Source: Myxococcales bacterium
GTDB taxonomy: Bacteria > Myxococcota_A > Polyangia > Polyangiales > Houyiibacteriaceae
Direction of reading: 5' to 3'
Assembly (NCBI GenBank): GCA_029863605.1
Contig: JAOTVB010000003.1
Location: 137,658 to 201,657 of the forward strand
DNA: 64,000 bases
Shown in pieces: positions 1 to 9,939 of this stretch. The position numbers and the translations under genes are program-made. Position 1 is the first letter of the stretch; every line of letters begins with the position of its first letter. The notes beneath the pieces are model-generated. The model was not told the origin of the DNA, made no database searches, and saw only the letters and a program-made list of their open reading frames with translations.

Positions 1-1
1 C

Positions 2-442
2 CGGAGCGCCTCCCTCGGCGAAATTCGAAGCAAGGTCCTAGATCTCCGACGCAGAAAGTCGATGGTGGTCGATCCCGACGACCCGAATCGCAGGAGCGCC
101 GGGTCGTTCTTTCTGAACCCAGTCGTCACGAGCGCCGAGGCCGACCGTGTGGCGGCGCTGGCCGTGGCCGAGGGGCTGGCGCCCAACATCGCCTCGGTCC
201 CCCGTTACCCCACGGCAAGCGGCGAGGTGAAGCTCGCCGCCGGGTGGCTCATCGAGAAGTCGGGCATCGCCAAGGGCACGCGTCGCGGCGCGGTGGGCCT
301 ATCGAGCAAGCACGCCCTTGCGTTAATACACCATGGTGGGGGCACCACGACCGAGCTTCTCAGCTTTGCAGACGAAGTTCGCGCGCGCGTGAAGGATCGG
401 TTCGGTATCTCGCTACAACGCGAGCCACGGCTTCTGACGTAG
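2..442 (+). CDS. murB: UDP-N-acetylenolpyruvoylglucosamine reductase MurB, C-terminal part (5' end cut by window edge)
   Basis: The frame of ORF 62..442 stays open back to position 2, so the gene runs off the edge. The translation RSAGSFFLNP...AAGWLIEKSGIAKG...LSSKHALALIHHGGGTT matches the conserved MurB C-terminal region. Confidence 0.8.
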   Translation, partial: RSASLGEIRSKVLDLRRRKSMVVDPDDPNRRSAGSFFLNPVVTSAEADRVAALAVAEGLAPNIASVPRYPTASGEVKLAAGWLIEKSGIAKGTRRGAVGLSSKHALALIHHGGGTTTELLSFADEVRARVKDRFGISLQREPRLLT

Positions 443-1600
443 CTACTCGGGAAATGGGTCGCTGAAGGCGGGCTTGTTCAGGAAGTCATCGTCGGTCAAG
501 GCGTTCAGGAACGCCTTCAGGTCTTCCCGTTCCTGCTCGGTGATCTCGAAACCATTTAAGAACGAGCTCTTGTTGGGGTTGTCGAAGCCGTCACCTGCGT
601 TGGGGCCGCTCTCGGTCCGCGTCCCGCCGCGTGCATAGTGGTCGATCACGTCGTCGAGAGTCGCAAGCGAGCCGTCGTGCATGTAGGGCCCCGTCACCCC
701 GACGTTTCGAAGGCTTGGCGGCTTGAATTTGCCCTTGTCGGCCGGGTCGCCGCTCATGTCGAAGATGCCCTCGTTGCCGGGCGGGTAGCTCCCATCTTCA
801 TCGAGGTTGTAGAGCCCGTTATTCATGAAGAACTTCTGATCGAAGACCTGAAACGCGTCGTCCGAGGACTGCGAGTAGAGGAAGCCGCCATGGCAGTGGA
901 AGCACTCGAATGCGTCTTCGACCCCGGCGGCATTGGCTCCTCCGAAGAACAGGGCGAGACCACGCTGCTCCGATTCGTTGAGCGCGGTTCGATCGCCTTC
1001 GACCCAGCGGTCGACTTTCGATCCGAAGCTCGTCAGCTGGCGCTGAAACGAAGCAAGCGCTTTGGTGATGCTGTCGACGGTGATCGGATCTTCTTCTTCG
1101 GGGAACGCAGCCGCGAACATCTCCGGGTAACGCTCGTCATCTCGCATCCGTCGAAGGAGCTCGTCTTCGAGGTTCGCGAGCCCGAGCTCGACCGGTTCTT
1201 CACCAAACATGGGGACCAGGGCTTGTCGTTCGAGTCGGACCAAGACTTCGTTCGCCCAGGTCAGCGAGGCCTGGTACCCCGCGTTGGCGAGCGACATGGA
1301 GCTTCGTGGGGTCAGCTGCCCCGTCGAGCCCTCCGCTAGGGCGAGCCCATCGGTGAAGGCGAGCTCCTGGCGGTGGCAGCTCGCGCAGCTTTGGGTCTGA
1401 TTGCCCGAAAGCCGCTTATCGTAAAACAAGAACCTCCCGAGCTCGACCTTCTCCACCGTCATCGGGTTGTCTTCGGGAACCCGGGGCAGGGGTATCGTCC
1501 CTGGCAAGTCCCAGACCCACGGCGTACCGGTATTGCTCGCATCGCTGCCGCATCCCGCCACGAACAGAGCGAGTCCCAGACCTCTCAGAATTGCTTTCAT
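443..1600 (-). CDS. mbnH: di-heme cytochrome c peroxidase family protein, MbnH/MauG-like (partner of MbnP)
   Basis: Two CxxCH heme motifs (CASCH, CFHCH). Start placed at the internal ATG at 1600, which gives a lipoprotein-type signal (MKAILRGLGLALFVAGC). ATGA overlap with the stop of the upstream MbnP-like gene. The longer ORF to 1708 is an Arg-rich extension. Confidence 0.75.
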   Translation of the reverse strand: MKAILRGLGLALFVAGCGSDASNTGTPWVWDLPGTIPLPRVPEDNPMTVEKVELGRFLFYDKRLSGNQTQSCASCHRQELAFTDGLALAEGSTGQLTPRSSMSLANAGYQASLTWANEVLVRLERQALVPMFGEEPVELGLANLEDELLRRMRDDERYPEMFAAAFPEEEDPITVDSITKALASFQRQLTSFGSKVDRWVEGDRTALNESEQRGLALFFGGANAAGVEDAFECFHCHGGFLYSQSSDDAFQVFDQKFFMNNGLYNLDEDGSYPPGNEGIFDMSGDPADKGKFKPPSLRNVGVTGPYMHDGSLATLDDVIDHYARGGTRTESGPNAGDGFDNPNKSSFLNGFEITEQEREDLKAFLNALTDDDFLNKPAFSDPFPE

Positions 1601-2424
1601 CGAGCCGTAAAGAAGGATTGGGCACCGGGCGCTGGATCGCCACCAAACGCGAGTCCGAGATTCCCGAAGAGCGGCGCGCAGTCCATATCCCCGGGCCCTG
1701 CCATGCAACCAACTGGGGTCATCGGCTGGTTGACGTCAAGTAGGGCGCCCTCCACCAGCGCCGCGAAGTTGGCGACGATCGTACCGTTATCGGGGTCGAA
1801 GGGGCCGAGATTGTCCACGATCACGACGTTGGGGGTCGTGCACTCGGTCGTGCCACCCGCAACCGGGTCACCGTTGCAGCCCGTGCTTCCGAGGTGCAAG
1901 CGCCAGTCCTCCATGCTGAAGCTCCCCGAATCGATTCGCAGGAACTTGTAACCCCCCTGCCAGTCCCATTGCAGGGTCGATAAGTTCAACGGGGCGGGCG
2001 CGGTCGCCGGGTTCTCGTGGTTCCGCTCGAAAGGCACACCCATACCAAAACGAAGGCCGTCGTAGGTTCCTTGCGGCACCGTGCCGGTGATGCGGGTGTT
2101 GGTCTGCGCATTCCCGCTCTCGTTGTTGCAACCGTCTTCGAAATCGAGAAGCGCTACGTCATCGACCTGGAAGTTGGTCTGATCGAGCGTCACCGCGACC
2201 CAGCTGCCATCGCTGTCTTGGAGCTCGAGGCCCGACACGTAGAACCTGAAGTCGCTCAACGTCAAGGAAGTGTCGTCGGCGCCGAGGTTGTCGTACTGCT
2301 GGCCGCAAACGAAGTCTTGGTCTCCCACTTTCGCTGCAAACTCGATCGACACCGGTTGGTCGCTATCGCCGCAGCCCCAAACGCCGACACCCAGTGCGGC
2401 GAGCACAATTGATCGATATTTCAT
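1597..2424 (-). CDS. mbnP: MbnP-like 'metallo-mystery pair' Cys-motif periplasmic protein
   Basis: Internal ATG at 2424 gives signal/lipobox MKYRSIVLAALGVGVWGC. Conserved Cys residues are spread through the protein (FVCGQQY, EDGCNN, GSTGCNG..TTECT, VGCMAGPGDMDC). It is translationally coupled to the di-heme peroxidase. This pairing is the known MbnP/MbnH arrangement. Confidence 0.65.
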   Translation of the reverse strand: MKYRSIVLAALGVGVWGCGDSDQPVSIEFAAKVGDQDFVCGQQYDNLGADDTSLTLSDFRFYVSGLELQDSDGSWVAVTLDQTNFQVDDVALLDFEDGCNNESGNAQTNTRITGTVPQGTYDGLRFGMGVPFERNHENPATAPAPLNLSTLQWDWQGGYKFLRIDSGSFSMEDWRLHLGSTGCNGDPVAGGTTECTTPNVVIVDNLGPFDPDNGTIVANFAALVEGALLDVNQPMTPVGCMAGPGDMDCAPLFGNLGLAFGGDPAPGAQSFFTAR

Positions 2425-2444
2425 CTTCTTTGCTCCCGATGCGT

Positions 2445-3164
2445 TCAAAGGCGCTCTGCAACCAGTGAAGATCGTATGTTTTCGGTCAGTCTTTGTTGCA
2501 TCGCAGCTCCTTCGTCTAGCACTGCAAACTGCGCAAAATCGATGCCATCGAACCACCCTAGGTGATCGATCTGCAGCGAAATGCTTACACTCCTCGGGCT
2601 GTCGAACACCAAAGGCTCATCGAACTGCAGATCCCAACGGATGAGCTCGGCAATCAGCGCCCGGAGCGGCACCTCACCGCCGGTCTCGGAGTCCTCGACG
2701 ACGCCCTCGAGCAGGACGCTATTCTTTAGCATCTCGGTTCTTTCGGGTGTGGAACCGATGGCATCGGCGTCGGCCGGGGCGCTGACCACCCGAATCCCGC
2801 AGTAGCGACCGGGAGGCGGACGGAGCGTGCCCGCGAACAGCGGGGTGCCTGAGCTCTCCATCAAGTCGATGATCATGGGCACCCCGAGGCTCGTGGGAGT
2901 GGATTCTTCGTGGGCCCTCGCCCGCCCGGGTACGAAAAGTCCCCACAGTCGCCGGGCAAAATTGTCACACTCGAGCAACTCCACTCGGCCCACGGCGATC
3001 AAGGCTCGGTCGAGCTTGACGTGGTAGCCCATGTCGGTCCGCACGGCCTGGGGTGTCGCCGGCGCTCGGTAAGCGACATCCACTTCGATCCCGTCGGTCA
3101 CCATCGTGCAGTTCGGCAAGACGAGGGTGAGGGCGATGGCTCCGATGCAGATCTCAGATCTCAT
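2445..3164 (-). CDS. hypothetical exported protein (no family recognised)
   Basis: ORF 2445..3206. Start probably at the ATG at 3164 (MRSEICIGAIALTLVLPNC, a hydrophobic N-terminus). It lies between the OM barrel gene and mbnP on the same strand, and its codon usage looks coding. Confidence 0.5.
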   Translation of the reverse strand: MRSEICIGAIALTLVLPNCTMVTDGIEVDVAYRAPATPQAVRTDMGYHVKLDRALIAVGRVELLECDNFARRLWGLFVPGRARAHEESTPTSLGVPMIIDLMESSGTPLFAGTLRPPPGRYCGIRVVSAPADADAIGSTPERTEMLKNSVLLEGVVEDSETGGEVPLRALIAELIRWDLQFDEPLVFDSPRSVSISLQIDHLGWFDGIDFAQFAVLDEGAAMQQRLTENIRSSLVAERL

Positions 3165-4044
3165 AGATGAGCCCTCCGGTGATTCCAACACCTTCTTCAT
3201 GCGCACCGTCCAAGCGTTGAATCAAAGGGACTGCGGCGGTGATGTGAAGCAAGATCTTGTCATGCGGCAGGGCCACGATCCCAAGCGTGCCGTACGTGAT
3301 GTGCCCGCCGGTATTCGGGTCGCGAACGCCGGCGATATAGCCCGGTTGATCGATCCTGAGCTCGACGCCGACTTGGAAAGCGAGGAACTTCCATGGTTGA
3401 AGCTGACCGAGCGCGGTTTGCCGGAAGCTGATCCCAGCCTTCGTGTTCGCCGTCCCCCGTGTCGGGAAGAGCCCGACCGACGACAGGTAGACCGACCAAG
3501 GATCCGAGAACATCGTGTATGACGCGCCGACGATCGGATCCCAGGAGCCCGTGCCCGCCTGAAATTCTAACGGCAACGGGATACCCTCGGCGTCTCTCTC
3601 GACCGAGCTGGTCGGGAACTCGAGCCCTCCGATCAAGCCGACCAAGTGCTGCGGCGCAAACTTGCGATCGCGGTACACCACCGCCCGCGCTCGAAACTCC
3701 AAGTCGCCTGGCGCCCAGATGTCCGCCTGGGCCAGGTTTACCGCCGAGACGTATCGGTGCACGACCGGCATCATCAGCGACAACGTCCACCGGTCGGTCG
3801 GGGAATACGCCCCAGCCAGCTCGAGTCGTTGCTCCGAGAGCTGGAGCCGGTCGACATTCTCTTCGCCGATTCGGTCGTTTCGATGACGCGCGGTGGCTGA
3901 CGTGCGGACCCGTTGTGCTTTCGGTTGTTCGAAGCCGACGATGGTGAGCGTCGGGTCACCCACGGAACACGTACCGCACGCAGATGCTTCCGAAGCACTC
4001 GATAACGGGAACACGAACGCGGCGACCAACCACCAGAGCTTCAC
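3154..4044 (-). CDS. outer-membrane beta-barrel protein (MetA/transporter-like family, putative)
   Basis: Signal peptide MKLWWLVAAFVFPLSSASEASA. Alternating beta-strand pattern with an aromatic-rich C-terminal strand (GGLIYEI). First gene of the mbnPH-containing operon. Confidence 0.55.
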   Translation of the reverse strand: MKLWWLVAAFVFPLSSASEASACGTCSVGDPTLTIVGFEQPKAQRVRTSATARHRNDRIGEENVDRLQLSEQRLELAGAYSPTDRWTLSLMMPVVHRYVSAVNLAQADIWAPGDLEFRARAVVYRDRKFAPQHLVGLIGGLEFPTSSVERDAEGIPLPLEFQAGTGSWDPIVGASYTMFSDPWSVYLSSVGLFPTRGTANTKAGISFRQTALGQLQPWKFLAFQVGVELRIDQPGYIAGVRDPNTGGHITYGTLGIVALPHDKILLHITAAVPLIQRLDGAHEEGVGITGGLIYEI

Positions 4045-4101
4045 ACCCGGAGGCTAGGGCCGACGCGCTCCAGGTTGTACGTGGCAAATCGTCGCAGCGA
4101 A

Positions 4102-4659
4102 CTATTTGCGCGAGGGAAACTTCGAGAGCTTCCGCTGAAGGGAACGCCGATGGATCCCCAATTTTTCGGCGGCTTTCGTGATGTTTCCGCCGCAGTCCGT
4201 CAAGACCCGTTGGATGTGCTCCCACTCCACCCGCGCGAGGGAAGGCGTCTCTGCGGCCACGGTTTCTTGCGCGGTGCCGTCGCGCCCGTCGCGATCGAAA
4301 GCCGCGATGAGCTCGTCGACATCCGCCGGCTTGGTCAAGTAGTGTGTCGCACCGAGGCGCACCGCTTCGAGCGCCGTCGCAATGCTTCCGTAGCCAGTCA
4401 ACACGACGACGCGCGTCGAGGGGTCGATTCGATGGAGCTCTCGCACCAACTCCAACCCCGACTTTCCGGGCATTCGAAGATCGACCACGGCGAGCTCCGT
4501 ACTCTCGTCCCTCACGATCGTCACAGCCGTATCGTAGGTTTCGGCTTCTTGAACCTCATAGCCGCGCTCTTCGAAGGCCTGCGCCATTCGTGACCGAAAT
4601 CGGTCGTCGTCGTCGACCAACAGGATCGAGGGCCTTGGAGCGGTATCTTCGACGGTCAT
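4102..4659 (-). CDS. response regulator, RegA/ActR/PrrA-like (REC + Fis-type HTH)
   Basis: REC motifs (LLVDDDD, VVDLRMPGKSG, LTGYGSI, YLTKP). C-terminal GGNITKAAEKLGIHRRSLQRKL, a Fis-type HTH. ATGA overlap with the kinase gene. Confidence 0.8.
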   Translation of the reverse strand: MTVEDTAPRPSILLVDDDDRFRSRMAQAFEERGYEVQEAETYDTAVTIVRDESTELAVVDLRMPGKSGLELVRELHRIDPSTRVVVLTGYGSIATALEAVRLGATHYLTKPADVDELIAAFDRDGRDGTAQETVAAETPSLARVEWEHIQRVLTDCGGNITKAAEKLGIHRRSLQRKLSKFPSRK

Positions 4660-5876
4660 TTCGTTCGCGGAAGGACCACCCGGATGGTCGTCCCGCGGTC
4701 GACTACCGATTCGATGGTGAGCCGACCACCCAACGAGTCTACGAGCGTGCGCGCCAGGAACAACCCAAGCCCCATGCGATCGTCGGTGCCTTTGGTGGTG
4801 AAGAAAGGATCGGCAGCGCGCTTGATTTCCTCCGCGTCCATCCCGCTGCCTTCATCGACGAAGCGGAGCTCGACTTCACCATCGTGCCCTTCGACATCGA
4901 GCGAGACTCGGCCGCCTTGGCACGCGTCAAAACCGTTGCGAGTGATGTTTTCGATCATTTGCAGGACGGCTTCTCTCGGTGCAGACAAAGTGTCTAGCGT
5001 CGTATGCGTCTCCCAGCGTCTCGCCTGCTCTGCTTCGAGACGACCGCGTACCTCCGAAAACAGCTCCTCGACGTCGACATCTTGAAAGGCCTCACCAACA
5101 TATTCACCGCCCGTCAGCGCCATCCGATCGAGAACCGCCCGGCAGCGCTCGAGCTCCTCGCGAATCAGGTTGGCGTCCTCGATCAGTGCCTCCGCGCCAG
5201 GCACGCCCTCGGCCCGGCGCTTGATCTCCTTGGCCGCGATCGCGATCGTGCCTAAGGGCGTTCCAAGCTCGTGTGCTGCGCCCGCCGCCAGCGTGGCGAT
5301 CGAAGCGAGCCTCCCCCAACGATGCGTGCGTTCTTGCGCCTCGGCGAGCGCTCGTTCCCGCTGTTTGAGGGCGTCCGACAGCCTGCTCACGAAATAGGCA
5401 ATCAACACCGTAGCGAGCATGAACGCCACGAACATCCCGTAAAGATGCGTCTGGAAATTTTCCCCATCACCGTGGTGCCCGAGCTCGTCGGTCGGGATGT
5501 GAAAATAGAACAGTGCCCCAAACGACACCATCGACAACGCCGCGATCGTCCACGTCCATCGCCCGGACAGCATCACCGCCGACATCGCAATATAGACGAC
5601 GTAAATGATGCTGAACGGGTTGCTCGGACCACCTGAGAGAACGAGCATCCCCGTCAATAGAGCTACGTCCAGCACCAAGAACCCGCCAAGAACCTCGACC
5701 GACCCCAACGAGAGCCAAAGGTTCGAAACCGCGCCCACGGCGAGCAAGCCCCACATCCATGCCGTTGGCAGCTCGAGCCCGAGCAGTCTCTCCGCGACCA
5801 AGATCGACGCAGCTTGAATCGCGAGCGCACCCCAACGCATGCGAGCAAGCCACTGGGCGTTCGTCACCCGAGCCAT
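4656..5876 (-). CDS. membrane sensor histidine kinase, RegB/PrrB-like
   Basis: Multiple TM helices, an H-box (AAGAAHELGTPLGTIAI) and HATPase motifs (DEGSGM, GLGLFL). Start chosen at the ATG at 5876, one nt after the dnaK stop. The longest ORF (to 5927) would overlap dnaK by 50 nt. Confidence 0.75.
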   Translation of the reverse strand: MARVTNAQWLARMRWGALAIQAASILVAERLLGLELPTAWMWGLLAVGAVSNLWLSLGSVEVLGGFLVLDVALLTGMLVLSGGPSNPFSIIYVVYIAMSAVMLSGRWTWTIAALSMVSFGALFYFHIPTDELGHHGDGENFQTHLYGMFVAFMLATVLIAYFVSRLSDALKQRERALAEAQERTHRWGRLASIATLAAGAAHELGTPLGTIAIAAKEIKRRAEGVPGAEALIEDANLIREELERCRAVLDRMALTGGEYVGEAFQDVDVEELFSEVRGRLEAEQARRWETHTTLDTLSAPREAVLQMIENITRNGFDACQGGRVSLDVEGHDGEVELRFVDEGSGMDAEEIKRAADPFFTTKGTDDRMGLGLFLARTLVDSLGGRLTIESVVDRGTTIRVVLPRTK

Positions 5877-5877
5877 G

Positions 5878-7725
<1,848 letters not shown>

Positions 7726-7792
7726 CTCGCCTTAAACCTCTTTATACCGCGCTGGCGGCGATTGTCGCATCTAGTGGCATTTGGAATCCCGA

Positions 7793-8482
7793 TTACTCCG
7801 AACTCGGGTCGTCGCCGTCCACTTTGGGAGCGCCATCGCCGCCTTCACCCTGATCACCTGTACTGGTCGGCGGCACAGCCACGACGACCATCGCAGGCCG
7901 GAGGAGCCGATCTCCGAGCTCGTATCCGGGCACGACCTCGGCGACGATCGTGCCGGGCGGGTGCTCGCTGGTCGTCTCTTGCTGCATGGCATCGTGGAGG
8001 GTGGGATCGAACATCTGCCCAATAGCTTTCACGCGCTTGAGCCCGAGCCGGTCCGCAACCTCTTCGAAGCCTCGGAGAACCATCTGGACGCCCTCGGCGA
8101 CGGCCGTGACATCGGTGGCCCCGGCCGTGGCGTTCGACGCGCGTTCGAGGTTGTCGATGATCGGAAGCACCTCGCGCACCGTGTCTTCGATCGTGCGCCT
8201 GCGGACCTCTTCGATCTCTTTGCGGGAGCGCTTGCGGAAGTTGTCGAAATCGGCGGCGATCCGCAGGAGCTGGTCTCGCATGCGATTTCGTTCGGCGCGA
8301 GCACTCTCGACCGCCGACTGCTCTTCCTCGACCTCGTTGTCCTCCTGGGCATCGTCGCTTGCCCCAGTGTCCGAAGCCGTCTCGCTCTGTTCGCCGGTTT
8401 CTTCCTCCGGGTAGATGGTATCTTCATCTTCCCTCACCGCGCTCTCCTCTTCGTCGGACTTCTCCCCCGCGTGCTCGCTCAT
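7793..8482 (-). CDS. grpE: nucleotide exchange factor GrpE
   Basis: Acidic N-terminus followed by the GrpE core (LLRIAADFDNFRKR...LPIIDNLERA...GLKRV...FDPTLHDAM). Lies between hrcA and dnaK. Confidence 0.9.
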   Translation of the reverse strand: MSEHAGEKSDEEESAVREDEDTIYPEEETGEQSETASDTGASDDAQEDNEVEEEQSAVESARAERNRMRDQLLRIAADFDNFRKRSRKEIEEVRRRTIEDTVREVLPIIDNLERASNATAGATDVTAVAEGVQMVLRGFEEVADRLGLKRVKAIGQMFDPTLHDAMQQETTSEHPPGTIVAEVVPGYELGDRLLRPAMVVVAVPPTSTGDQGEGGDGAPKVDGDDPSSE

Positions 8483-8500
8483 GATCTGTTCGACTTTCCC

Positions 8501-9559
8501 CTAAGAGTCTTTGGATGTGCCTGGCAGCCGCCCGTCGAGGAGATCGCTGAGCACATCGGCCGCGAAACCCACCAAGGGTACGTATTGCCTGTAGTCCATT
8601 CTAGTGGGACCGACGATTCCAAACGAGCCTATACTCGAGCCATCGCGTCGATAGGGGCTCGAAATGACGCTGATGTCCTGAACCTCTGTGAGGGCAGCCT
8701 CATGCCCTATGAATACCTGTACGCCGTCGGTTACCAGGGTACGCTCCAAAAGCTCGAGAAGCTTCTGCTTCTCCTCGAAGGCGTTGAGATAGCTGCGGAT
8801 CTTCTCGGCGTCTCCAAACTCCGGTCGGTCGAAGAGGGCTCCCTGCCCCTCGATGACGACACTTGCGCTTTCTGACTGACCCTCGACTGTGGCCTCGACC
8901 ATCTGTTGCGCCTGCCGGCGGAGCTGCTCGTATTGCCCCTGCTCGGTGGCCAAGCGAACGGCGAGCACGTCACGCACCGCACGGAGGGTTCGACCACCGA
9001 CGAGCTCGGCGAGATAGTTGTTCACACGCTCGAGGGTGTGGTCGTCGACTGCGAGCTCCGTCACGACGACGCGGTTTTCGACCGAGCCCGAGCGCATGAC
9101 CAACACCGCCAACGTGCGGTCGCCGGCCAATCGGATGAACCTCAACTGGTCGAGACGCGCGTCGGCAACCGAGGGCCGAGCAATGATCGTCGCGGTCCCG
9201 GTGAGGTCGCTCAGAAGCTGTCCGGTTGCACGGACCGCGTCGGCCCCAGGCTCGAGAGTTCGTAGCCGGTCGATCAGAGCGGTCCGGTGCGCGTCCGAGA
9301 TCTCTCCTGCCGTCACCATCGCATCGACGAAGAAACGAAACCCAGCGTCGGTAGGCACGCGGCCGGCGCTCGTATGAGGTTGATGGAGCAAATCGCTCTC
9401 CTCGAGGTCAGCCAGCACGTTTCGAATCGTCGCTGGTGACAAGTTCACGGTGTAGCGCTTCGCGATCTGTCGCGAGCTCACGGGCTTTCCCGATGCGATG
9501 TATTCAGTCACCACCGCGAACAGGATCCGCCGGTGTCTTTCGTCCAATGCCACCGCCAC
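8501..9559 (-). CDS. hrcA: heat-inducible transcription repressor HrcA
   Basis: LDERHRRILFAVVTEYIASGKPVSSRQIAK...SPATIRNVLADLEE... is a typical HrcA N-terminus. Start is uncertain: GTG at 9559 or 9553, or the ORF-track ATG at 9607. A TTGACA-16-TACTTT promoter-like site lies inside the longest ORF. Confidence 0.85.
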   Translation of the reverse strand: MAVALDERHRRILFAVVTEYIASGKPVSSRQIAKRYTVNLSPATIRNVLADLEESDLLHQPHTSAGRVPTDAGFRFFVDAMVTAGEISDAHRTALIDRLRTLEPGADAVRATGQLLSDLTGTATIIARPSVADARLDQLRFIRLAGDRTLAVLVMRSGSVENRVVVTELAVDDHTLERVNNYLAELVGGRTLRAVRDVLAVRLATEQGQYEQLRRQAQQMVEATVEGQSESASVVIEGQGALFDRPEFGDAEKIRSYLNAFEEKQKLLELLERTLVTDGVQVFIGHEAALTEVQDISVISSPYRRDGSSIGSFGIVGPTRMDYRQYVPLVGFAADVLSDLLDGRLPGTSKDS

Positions 9560-9654
9560 GCCTTGACAAAGTAGAATCCCGGCTCGCCCTGTCAAGCCCG
9601 CGATCATCAGCCAGAAATTGGCCCCACCGACGGCCCCGAGGCAGGCTCGGGGTG

Positions 9655-9939
9655 ATGAAACCCACGGTGGCGCTCCTTCCTTTCCTGCTGATGGTCATGG
9701 CGATCATGACCGTGCCGACGTTGGTTCTCGATGAGCAAGGCTTGCCCCGCTATAGGTTGCTTCGTACTGAGCTTGCGGACCTCCGTCAGTCGAATGAAGA
9801 GCTCGTGCAGGAAATCGCCCACTTGAAGACCGAGATCGACTCGCTTCGCTCCGACACCAACTACGTCGAACGGATCGCCCGCGACGAGCTCGGGATGGTG
9901 CGTCCCGAAGAGTTCGTGTTTCAGTTCCCGCCCCGATAG
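9655..9939 (+). CDS. ftsB: septum formation initiator FtsB/DivIC family protein
   Basis: Internal ATG at 9655 gives a single TM helix (MKPTVALLPFLLMVMAIMTV), then a coiled coil, then the conserved YVERIARDELGMVRPEE tail. Confidence 0.8.
   Translation: MKPTVALLPFLLMVMAIMTVPTLVLDEQGLPRYRLLRTELADLRQSNEELVQEIAHLKTEIDSLRSDTNYVERIARDELGMVRPEEFVFQFPPR

Noticed and set aside
9560-9654. CIRCE operator (TTAGCACTC-N9-GAGTGCTAA) upstream of hrcA/dnaK
   Set aside because: I found no match on either strand in the hrcA upstream region or the grpE-dnaK gap. I report only the absence.
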